Positions 9,314-19,000 of a DNA stretch of 64,000 bases are shown one piece after another. The DNA lies in the NCBI GenBank assembly GCA_963764165.1, contig CAVXRD010000001.1:64001-128000 (forward strand), given 5' to 3'. Source of the stretch: an uncultured Verrucomicrobiae bacterium. Lineage in GTDB: Bacteria > Verrucomicrobiota > Verrucomicrobiia > Limisphaerales > Palsa-1400. Made by a program: the position numbers and the translations under genes. Numbering within the stretch: the first letter of the stretch is position 1; the number at the start of each line of letters is the position of its first letter. The notes beneath the pieces were generated by a model, which ran no database searches, was not told the DNA's origin, and was given only the letters and a program-made list of their open reading frames with translations.

Positions 9314-10630
9314 CTAAATCTTGGGAGTCCAGCCGTCGCGATATTCCCGCTGCCACAAGGCCGAAGCCGCCTCGTCGCCGACGATTTTGCGCGAGGCTGG
9401 GTCAACATTCAGCGTGTGGCCGGTGCGCCAGGCGATGTTGCCGAGGTGGCAGAGCAGCGTGCTTTTCTGGCCGTCTTCAATTTCCGAACGCAGCGGCTTG
9501 TCGTTGCGGATGGCGTCAATAAAATTGGCGAAGTGAATGGAATCGGCTGTCTCGCTGCCTTCCAGTTTGCCGGGAATTTCGCGCACGAGCTTGTTCTTTA
9601 GGTCGTAGATTTTCGCGCTTGAGGAGATAGTCATGCTTCCCTTCTCGCCGTAGAAATTCACGCCGAAGCCTTCGCCCTCGAATCCGCGCGGATCGCAGCT
9701 TTGGCCCTCCCAGACAATTCCAACATCGCCGTAATCAAAAGTGGCCACGTAAAGATCGGGCGTCTCCCAATCATCTTGACCTTGAAAATGGTAGCGGTTG
9801 CCGCCGCAGGTCACGCGCTTGGGAAGGTCCACGCGCAAGCCCCATCGCGCCAAGTCCAGCGAGTGGACTCCGTTGTTCCCCAGCTCGCCCGTGCCCCAAT
9901 TCCAAAACCAGTGCCAATTGTAATGGATGACGTTGTCTTTGAACGGGCGCTCCGGCGCGGGGCCCTGCCACAGCGAGTAATCAAGCCATGACGGAACGGG
10001 CGCCAGCTTTCCGTGGCCAATCGAGGCCCGATGGTTGGTGTACCAAGCCCGGGCGAACGAGAGCTTCCCAATTTCGCCGTCGTGCAGCGCCTTGATCGCT
10101 TCCTGAACCCACGGCCAGCTCCGGCGCTGATTTCCCATTTGCACCTTGCGCTTAAATTTCCGCGCGGCGGCCACCAGCCATTCGCTTTCCTGGCCGTTAT
10201 GGCTTCCCGGCTTCTCGACGTAAACGTGTTTGCTTGCGGCGCAGGCCATGATTGCCGCGGGCGCATGCCAATGGTCGGGCGTGGCAATCGTCACCGCGTC
10301 AATATCGGGGTTGTCAAATAACCGGCGCATATCGGCGACTCCTTTGGGAGCCTTGCCTTGCGCTTTCTCGACGGTCGCAACTCCGCGGGCCAGCGCCCGG
10401 CTGTCCACATCGCAAATCGCGGCGATTTCGACATTCTCCAGAGCTTGCAGCGCGGCGATGTGCGCCGCGCCGCGCCCGTTGCAGCCAATCACCGCAACGC
10501 GGACGCGCTCGTTTGCGCCGGCCGCGCGGAGCGAAGGAACAGATGCAAGGGACACCGCCCCCGCAAATGCCGAGGCTCGTTTGACAAATTCGCGGCGTGT
10601 CAAGCCGCTCGTTTCATTTCTTGAGCGCAT
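9314..10630 (-). CDS. Tat-exported Gfo/Idh/MocA oxidoreductase
   Basis: TRREFVK twin-arginine signal, VAVIGCNGRG, IATPDHWH, VYVEKP, QMGNQRRS. Confidence 0.92.
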   Translation of the reverse strand: MRSRNETSGLTRREFVKRASAFAGAVSLASVPSLRAAGANERVRVAVIGCNGRGAAHIAALQALENVEIAAICDVDSRALARGVATVEKAQGKAPKGVADMRRLFDNPDIDAVTIATPDHWHAPAAIMACAASKHVYVEKPGSHNGQESEWLVAAARKFKRKVQMGNQRRSWPWVQEAIKALHDGEIGKLSFARAWYTNHRASIGHGKLAPVPSWLDYSLWQGPAPERPFKDNVIHYNWHWFWNWGTGELGNNGVHSLDLARWGLRVDLPKRVTCGGNRYHFQGQDDWETPDLYVATFDYGDVGIVWEGQSCDPRGFEGEGFGVNFYGEKGSMTISSSAKIYDLKNKLVREIPGKLEGSETADSIHFANFIDAIRNDKPLRSEIEDGQKSTLLCHLGNIAWRTGHTLNVDPASRKIVGDEAASALWQREYRDGWTPKI

Positions 10631-11723
10631 TCAATTCGTGAAGCAAATGCAGGAAAAAGGCGACATTATCCATTTGCAGATAGCGCATGGTTCCGCCCAT
10701 GCGCGCGTAGCTTTTGCAGAAGCGCAGATAATAGGCGGGATTTTCTTTCGGCGGCTCGCCCCGCGTCCAATCCCATTTGCCGCCATCCTGCAAATCGACG
10801 ACATAAATATTGTGGCCTTTGACAATTTCCCTGCCCGATTGCAGGCGTAGATTATTGACGCAGCTTAGGCTCTTCTCAAAGACTTGCGGCCCCATGATGG
10901 CTGAACCTACCGACATCACCACGCCGCCGTCCAATTCTTCGACCGAGCCGCCGAAAATTCGGAAATCCATTTCCGCGGCTCGTCCGAGAGCCGCGCCGTT
11001 GAACATAGGGTGATTGGCAAAAATGTCGTAACCGATGCCCGGGTGAACAGTAAAGGGAACATTCAATTGGAATGCCTGGGCAACAACGCAGGTCTCCTTC
11101 CAAACATGCCGCACAATTTCCGATCCGCCGCGCAAGCCGTTCACACGCATCGCCCAAAGCAGTTCGGCTTTGGCGGGCGCAAATTCGTCACTCGGATTGG
11201 CCCTTATGGCCGCCTCAAGCTCCGCTACGCCAGGCAGAAACGTCCCGTCCTCCATAACGAAGCGCCCAATCGCCCGCCCGAGCCCATCGCCTTGGAGGCC
11301 ACCCGCGAGAGCTGCCATGTTAATATTCCTGCCAGTGCCGTCCCATGTTCCGAACGTTCCAGTGGCAACGTTCTCGCGAACGCTCTCAGTGGAAACCCCG
11401 CAGAAGGCAAATTCCCAATCGTGAATGATTCCCGCGCCATTGGTGGCGAGGTGCGTCACCCAATTTTCCTGCATGAGCTTGATTAAGAGCGGAGCAGCGC
11501 CGTTCTTAATCAAATGCGCTCCATAAATAAGCATCACCGAAGCGCTCTTGCCTCGGGCGGAAAAAATGTCCCGGGCGCATTGCCGGATTTGGTCGAGGTT
11601 GAGATTATTGGCGGCGGGAAGTGCGGCCTCGGGCTGAATTAAAATTTCCTCCAACCGCGCCATGCTGCGGCGTTCCGCCAGGGGGAGAACCTTCAGCCGT
11701 GTAAGATTGATCGGTGCCGACAT
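10614..11723 (-). CDS. Deoxyhypusine-synthase-like (GSU2086-like) conserved protein
   Basis: GAHLIKNG, ATNGAGIIHDWE, TVHPGIGYDI, VGSAIMGPQVFEKSLS motifs; overlaps the next gene by 17 bp. Confidence 0.65.
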   Translation of the reverse strand: MSAPINLTRLKVLPLAERRSMARLEEILIQPEAALPAANNLNLDQIRQCARDIFSARGKSASVMLIYGAHLIKNGAAPLLIKLMQENWVTHLATNGAGIIHDWEFAFCGVSTESVRENVATGTFGTWDGTGRNINMAALAGGLQGDGLGRAIGRFVMEDGTFLPGVAELEAAIRANPSDEFAPAKAELLWAMRVNGLRGGSEIVRHVWKETCVVAQAFQLNVPFTVHPGIGYDIFANHPMFNGAALGRAAEMDFRIFGGSVEELDGGVVMSVGSAIMGPQVFEKSLSCVNNLRLQSGREIVKGHNIYVVDLQDGGKWDWTRGEPPKENPAYYLRFCKSYARMGGTMRYLQMDNVAFFLHLLHELNALKK

Positions 11724-11783
11724 TTGTCAGTTTCGTAATGGACACTGGCAAACATCGGCTGCCGATTCAATTCTCTTTTCTGT

Positions 11784-12260
11784 TTACCCCCTTTCCGATT
11801 TGACTACGCCGCTGTGTTTTACGGGCCAGTTCAATATGTCCGTTCGAGGCCGCAGCACATCTTGCGGCGGCCAGGCGAAGTGACAATCACGGCAGTAAAA
11901 CTCTTTGTCGATTAGGCGGAACAATAATGCCAACGAACCAAAAATGGTCGGCATGATGAAGTTCCGTCCGAATTGCGGGTAGTCAATGTTGGGCGAGCCG
12001 CATTTCAAACAATGCACCTCGTGTTGCAACAAGCGCTCTTCCGCATCCGTCGAGACAAGATATTCCCGGGCTTTCTGAAAATCCGGGACCTTTACCATGA
12101 CCCGATCGCACGCCAGCGGTTTGGTCAAAAATACCATCCGCTGAAAACGCTTGTTGTCCATGATTTTGGCTTCGATGCCCGCCCGCTCCAGTTTCGCTTT
12201 CACGGCCTGGGCATGTTCCAAATCGTTGAAGGTCGCCACGGCTTCGATTGGTCCTTTCAT
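11784..12260 (-). CDS. DUF2007-like domain + Zn-ribbon membrane protein
   Basis: VATFNDLEHAQAVKAKLERAGIEA N-terminus; CLKC...CRDC pair flanking a hydrophobic segment. Confidence 0.8.
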   Translation of the reverse strand: MKGPIEAVATFNDLEHAQAVKAKLERAGIEAKIMDNKRFQRMVFLTKPLACDRVMVKVPDFQKAREYLVSTDAEERLLQHEVHCLKCGSPNIDYPQFGRNFIMPTIFGSLALLFRLIDKEFYCRDCHFAWPPQDVLRPRTDILNWPVKHSGVVKSERG

Positions 12261-12469
12261 GTACTTACATTAAGCCCCGAAAGCATCGCTTCAATGATAC
12301 GGAGTGCTGAACTCAAGGTGAGGGTTTTTTCCGAGCGATCCTTGCCAGAAATGACGAATCGGGATTTTGGAAATTAAACCGGAGGAACCGGATAAAACAG
12401 ATTTTCAGAGGCGTCATCAGGAATGAAATTCATCCCACGCATCTGCCGTGCAGTCGACTTCCTTGATTA

Positions 12470-12649
12470 GGAAAAATTGAATCAGGAACGACCGAACTCA
12501 GGAAAAGAGACTGCAATTGGTTTCGCGCGCCTCGTTATTTCGGGTCGGTGGCGAGGTATTTCTTGCCGTCATTAGCGTCATCTCCATCCTTCGAAAACGA
12601 CCCCGGCCTCTTTTTCCTGAGTTCGGGCGTTCCTGACTATTTATTTTCC
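12470..12649. repeat. Miniature element bounded by ~40-bp imperfect inverted repeats
   Basis: tcaggaacgaccgaactcaggaaaagag (12482-12509) vs ctctttttcctgagttcgggcgttcctga (12608-12636), with A/T-rich extensions. Confidence 0.7.
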
Positions 12650-12834
12650 AGTTGGGATTTTCACGCCAAGCCCAAGGGCACGGCAAGGTCAGCAGTAGCC
12701 AGAAAGGAAATTTGGTCAAAATTTTGCCAAAAATGCAGACTTCTTCGAGATAGCACTTTTTCGAGATAGCATTGCAGAGGTTCCTCGCCGAAATGAATCA
12801 AATCGGGGGACTGATATTCCACCGAAATCGCATC

Positions 12835-12996
12835 GGGTGTGATTAAAAGCGGGTGACGGAGCGCGGCTGTGTCGAAGACCAGCCGCAGCAATACTCGGTT
12901 CATCCAGCGCGTCTCTCGGGTTAACGTTTCTGCGGCTGGTCTTCGACACAGCCGCGCAAAACTGTCTGCGCGCATCACCCACTTCTAATCACACCC
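12835..12996. mobile_element. MITE-like element with nested inverted repeats
   Basis: Outer 22-bp IR (12835-12856 / 12975-12996, 20/22); inner perfect 27-bp IR (12861-12887 / 12931-12957); flanking 9-bp direct repeat aatcgcatc / aatcgcgtc. Confidence 0.75.
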
Positions 12997-13037
12997 AATC
13001 GCGTCCTGAACGAAACTTTTAGCTTGCCTAATGGCCG

Positions 13038-16000
13038 ATGCTTGGTAGTCTTCGGGCCGGTCTTCGGAAAACCTGTAAATCACGGAGGTCTGCTTTGAGA
13101 CGCTCGATTTTATTGACACTTATTATTGGCGCTGTTGTTCTGGCGAGCCTTAGCCTTCTCCGCCCCGGCGATTTCGTTTCCCGTCCGCCATCAGCGCCGC
13201 CAGCCACGCTAATCGCCGGGTCCAGGCCGCAACTCCCCCCGCCTTCACCCAATGCCCCACTCCCCCGCTCTGTAGTGGTTGTGGCAGCAACGAACACGGC
13301 CAGTCCGGCGAAGGTTTCGCCTAAGGCTATTCCAACCGCCGAAGATAAATTCGCGGTTTGGGCCGATGCCTTCGCCAGTGGCGCGTCGAATATCGCCGAG
13401 GGCAAGCAACTGGCCAAGGAGCGCAGGGCGGAAATGAAAAATTTAATTCAAACCAATCCTCAGCGCGCCCTGGCGGAAACGGTCCCGTTCGCGTGGCGCC
13501 AACAGTTGCCGCCGGAAATTACCGCGGAATTCGAGCAGCAACTGGATGGCCGGGGTAATTTGATGGTGGCTGTCGGGACTGATTTTTCCCAGGGAACGAG
13601 CTTCGTCGATCGCCGCGTGGAAATGGGCGGCAAGACTTACCAAGCCTACGTCTACGGCCGCCGGTTGATCCAAGCGTGCCAAACTGGCATCCCGTTGCAT
13701 GGCATTGCTTTGGATGGCAAAATGGCGGTGCTGCCAGATCCGTTGCGCAAGTTGGGTTCCGACGAGGCCAGCGCGCTGGCCGCGCAGAGCGGAACCCCGC
13801 TGGAGGAGATTTGCGGGGTTTCCGGGCAGGCCGCCGATTCTCGAAATCAACCCGTTTACGCCGAGAGCGGCCACGGCATTTTGTGCTTTTGCGGCGATGA
13901 TCATTATGCTCTGGTCAACCGGAGCCAGGCGCTGGCCGAAAGCGGTGGAACGGCCGCCACCGGCGACAAGACGACACTTTCCGGCGATGCGACCATCGAC
14001 GACGCTTGGACAGAGGGGCCGAAGGCTGTGCTGTATATGCGGGTTAATTTCCCAGACGATCTCACCGAGCCCATTTCGGAAGCAGATGCCTACGAGGCGA
14101 TGGAGCAAGTCAATAACTATTACACGTCACAATCCTACAATTTGACCTCGATGGACGCGACCGTCACCCCTCTGCTCACGGTTCCGCAAGTCAAAGCTTT
14201 TTATACACCCGATCCCAGCCTTCTCCTGGCGGACGCCCGGGCGGCGGCGTTGAACGCGGGCTTCGACACGGACAATTTTGACCGCGACATCGTCGTGTTT
14301 ACTGGGGTGCCCGGTTACACGTTCGGAGGCCTGGCTTATGTGGGCGGCAAAGGCGTCTGGCTGCAATCCATGGGTGCCGGGGTGACTTCGCATGAGCTGG
14401 GCCACAACGAGGGTCTTTGGCACGCGAACCTGTGGAATACCACCTCCAATTTCAGCGGCATCGGCCCGGGCACGAATCTGGAATATGGCAATGTTTACGA
14501 CACGATGGGCAGCGCCAATGCCGGCATATACCAATTCAATTCCGCCCACAAAAATGCGCTCGACTGGCTCAAGGCCGACGCCGTGCAGCTTGTCGCCACC
14601 AGCGGCGTTTATCGCATTTACCCGATGGACGATCCAACCCGTGTGGCCGGGCGGTCTTACGCGGCGGTCGTGCGGAAAGATCTCATGCGCAATTACTGGA
14701 TTGAATTTCGCAACCTGTTCACAGGCAATCCGTGGACGCAGCACGGCGCGCTGCTGAATTGGGCTCCATGGGAGCTAAGCAACGGCGGCTCTCATTTGAT
14801 TGACACGACGCCCGGCTCGCCCGACCCCTCCGACCCCGACAGCCGGGATGATGCCGCCGTGGTCATTGGCCGCACGTTCAACGACGAGGCCGCGGGTGTC
14901 CACATCACGACTCTCGCCCGCGGCGCGACCGGGACCGACCCTTACCTCGACGTGCAGGTGAATGTCGGCGGATTCCTGGGAAATCAGGCGCCCTACATGG
15001 ACGTCGAGGTGGATCAAACCAATGTCGCGCCCGGCACAGAAATACATTTCCACGCCTCGGCGATTGATCCAGATGGCGACACGATGGCTTACGCATGGAC
15101 GTTTATGGATGATTTTTCCTTTTCTACGAATAATTTGCCGTGGATCGGGAAGATTTGGAACACGGCGGGCGATCACGTCGTCCGCTGCGTGGTCAGCGAC
15201 ATGAAAGGGGGGGAAGCCAGCGCCAACACCGTCGTCACAGTGGGCAGTCCCGGCGGCGTGCGCATTACCGGGCGGGTCGTTGACACAAACGGCTATCCAT
15301 TGGAAGGCGTGCTGGTCGGCAACGGCACAAATATCGTCAGCGGCTTTCAAGGCTGCTACACGGATAGCGACGGGCGTTATATCATTGCCAACGTCAATAA
15401 CACTCTGCCTCTGGGCGCCATTCAGTATGGATACACTTTTGAGGCCACCACGAATTGGACGGACCCGCTTCCCGGCACGGATGCCGTCACGAATGCTGAT
15501 TTTGTCGGCACGCCGCTGACGGTCGTCACCCTCGCCGCGGATACCAACCAGATTTGGGATACGGACACTTCGACGCACACATTCACGCTGGCGCGCACGG
15601 GAAACGCCACGAACGAATTGACAGTGCAGCTCTACATTTCCGGCTCCGCCGCCCTCGGCACGGACTATTCCATGGAACCAACATTCCCGACCAATTACAT
15701 CACCTTTGAGCCCGGAACGAACAGCATAGAATTCGATTTGCATTCGCTTGACAACGGGAGCGCGGTCGGGCCCGTCACAGCCACGATGACCGCCACGGAC
15801 GATACCAACGACGTTTCGCCCGCCTACGTGCTCGGCCCGCTGGCGGAGGCGTCCATCACGATTCTCGTCAGCCATCCGGCGCCGAAATCCACCATCAGCG
15901 TGACCACCCCCACCCCGGAGATTTCGGAGACGGGAATCGATGGCGGGCAGTTTGTCTTCACGCGGGACGGGCCCACCTCAAACAGCCTTTACGTCAATTA

Positions 16001-19000
16001 TTCGATTGGCGGCACGGCTGTCCCGGGCATGGACTTCGCGCCGCTGGCGGGCGTCGTGCTCCTGGCAGCCGGCCAGGCCTCCACCACCATTCCGATGCAG
16101 CCGCTCAACGCGTATCGTGTCGCGTCGAATAGCACTGTGACGGTCACGATTGCCAGCAGCGGGAGTTACAACGTCGGCAGCTCGGCCTCGTCGACCATTA
16201 CCATCGACAACGACGCGACCACTTACGTGACCGTATTTCCAACCGTTGAACCCGCCACGACCGGTTCGCCCGGCGTCTTCACCGTCAAACGCGACGGCAA
16301 TTTGTCCGACGCGCTGGTTGTCAATTACACCGCGAGTGGCACGGCCGTCTCCGGCACGCAATACAGGGCGCTGAGCGGGTCCGTCACCATTCCCGCCAAT
16401 GCAACGACGGCCAATGTGTCGCTGCAGCCGATTGACACCGGCGTATTGGAGCCGGACGAGTCGGTCACGCTGACCTTGGCCAACAATTACAATTACGACG
16501 TCGGCCTGCCCGCCAGCGCCACGATTGCGATTACGCAAAATGAAAAACCCACCATTTCAATACTCGCCACTGTCGACAGCACGACGGCGCAGGGGACGCC
16601 GTTCGGGGAATTTGTCATTTCAAGGACCGGCAGCACCGCCAGCAACCTCAGCGTCTACTTTAGCATCAGCGGGACGGCCTTTGCCGGCGCGGATTATCTG
16701 CCGTTAAGCAGCCCGGAGATCATTCCCAGCGGTTCGAAATCGGTCACGGTCGATGTAATTCCATTTCTCAATTCGTATCTCGAAGGCACCAACACGGTCA
16801 TTCTCTGCCTTCTGACGAACGAATCCTATAATGTCGGCTCGCCCAACACGGCCGACATCTTCATCGGCCCGTCTGGATCGCCGCAGGAGCCGGGCATCGG
16901 ATTTTGCTTTCCAAGTTCGTCGTATCCGGCGTTCGAATCGCCCGGCATTGCGGTGGCGCTGAGCCTGCCTTCGACGAGCCCAGTGACAGTCAGTTACGTG
17001 GTCGTCGGAGGCACCGCGCCATCTTCACGCTATTCCTTGCCGTCCGGCACGTTGACCATTGAACCGACAAACGAAGTGGGAATTATTCCGCTCACGGTTC
17101 TCAACCCAATTTCTCCGCAGCCGGAACAAACCGTTGAAGTCGCGCTTTACAATCCGATCAGTGCGTCGCTCGGCGCGATCCGCGTCCATACCTACACGAT
17201 CCAGTCCAATGACGGCTGTGCGATCAGCGTGAGCGCGACCGTTTCAAACGCGTCGCGGGCGGGGCCGGTGCCGGGCAACTTCCGCTTCACGCGCACGGGC
17301 CCGACGACGGCCAGCCAGCCGGTCACGTTCGAGATCACCGGGACGGCCAGCGCGCCGGCGGATTACCAGCCGCTGGGAAATTCGATCACAATTCCCGCCG
17401 GCGCCACCTACGTGGATTTGCCCGTGACGCCGACGGATCTGGAATCCGTGCAAATTGGGCAGACTGTAGTCTTGACATTGATCAGCGCGAGCAACGCCGC
17501 CGTCGCCACGCCGAGCACGGCGGTGGTGAACATCAACGACAACGCGACCAACATCTTCCCCGTCGTCGCAGTAACGTCAACGAACCAGCCCTACGCAGTC
17601 GAGGGCGGTGCGAATGGAGCCTTCGTCATCACGCGCACAGGATCGACCGCCGCCGCGCTGACGGTCACACTCGCTGTCAGCGGCACGGCCACGCCTGGCT
17701 CGCGATATACCGCGTTGCCCACGTCTGTGACCATTCCAGCGGGCCAAACCAGCGTGACTATCCCGGTGGTCGCCATCAACGACACCGCCGTCGAGGGTGA
17801 ACAGACGGTCATACTTTCGCTCACCGTCGGCCAAACCTACCAAATCGGCGCAAACGCGGCGGCGACGGTGACGATTCAGGACAACGACCAAAACGTCTGG
17901 ATTGACGCCGGAGTTTTTGACGCGGCCAAATATGGCCCCGTGCCGGGGCAGTTCACTTTTTCGCGTTTTGGCACCACCAACACCCCGGTCACAATTTACT
18001 ACACGATTAGCGGAACGGCGCGGGACGGATACGACTACGCGTTCATCACCAACTTCATTGTCATCCCGGCAGGACAATTGACGACCACGCTGCAGATCAT
18101 GCCGCAACTCACTGGCGTGGTGGAAGGACCGGTCACGGTCACGCTCACGCTGCTGGCGAATTCAGCCTACGGGCTGGGCGCTCCCAGGAGCGGCACAGTG
18201 ACCATCGCGGATAATTACCCTAACCTCACGATCAGATCGATCATCACGAATGTGCTCGAAGGCAGCGGTTCCAACGGCGTCTTTCGGCTGTCACGCACCG
18301 GCGATCCCAATATCGATTTCACCGCCTATCTGTCCGTCGGCGGCACGGCCACTTACGGAACAAGCTATCCAGCCTTCCCGACGAACATCTATTTTTCGTG
18401 CGGAATCATGTCGATTGACTTGTTCGTCTCGCCGATCAACGACATGGTGGCGGACGGCGATAAAACGGTGACGACGCTTATTGTGCCCAACCCGGCCTAC
18501 ACCATCGGTTCGCCCAGCAACGCCGTCTTAACCATTAACGATGCCGGGACCAACGAGACGCCGCAGGTCGTGATCGATAGCCCCGTCGGCGGCGTGGTGT
18601 ATTTGGTCGGCACGAATGTGGGGCTTGTTCTGAATGCAAGTGCCACGCAAACCAATCCTTTCATTAACGTGACCTGGAGCGAAGTTTCCGGCCCGGCTGC
18701 GTTTGCTTTCACGGACATCACCAATTTGGATACGGAAGTCCTCTTTACCAACGCCGGCATCTACGTGCTGCGTTGCACGGCGTCCAATGGCACATGGCAA
18801 ACGTCTGCCGATGTCACGGCCATTGTCGCGGCCGATATTTTGAGCAGCTCAAATATTTTGCATTGGCCGTTGGACGATGGCGCAGGGACCAACGTCCTCG
18901 ATATTTCCGGCCGCACCAATAACGGCTACCTGGCCGGCTCTCCTTTGTGGACGTCGAATGGCATTATCGGCGGCGCTTTGAATTTCGACGGCGGCAGCGA

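Noticed and set aside
12997..13040. Possible third copy of the ECF promoter motif before the giant protease (cttgcctaatgg)
   Set aside because: Only a weak match to the downstream block and a poor match to the upstream block; not distinguishable from chance by eye.
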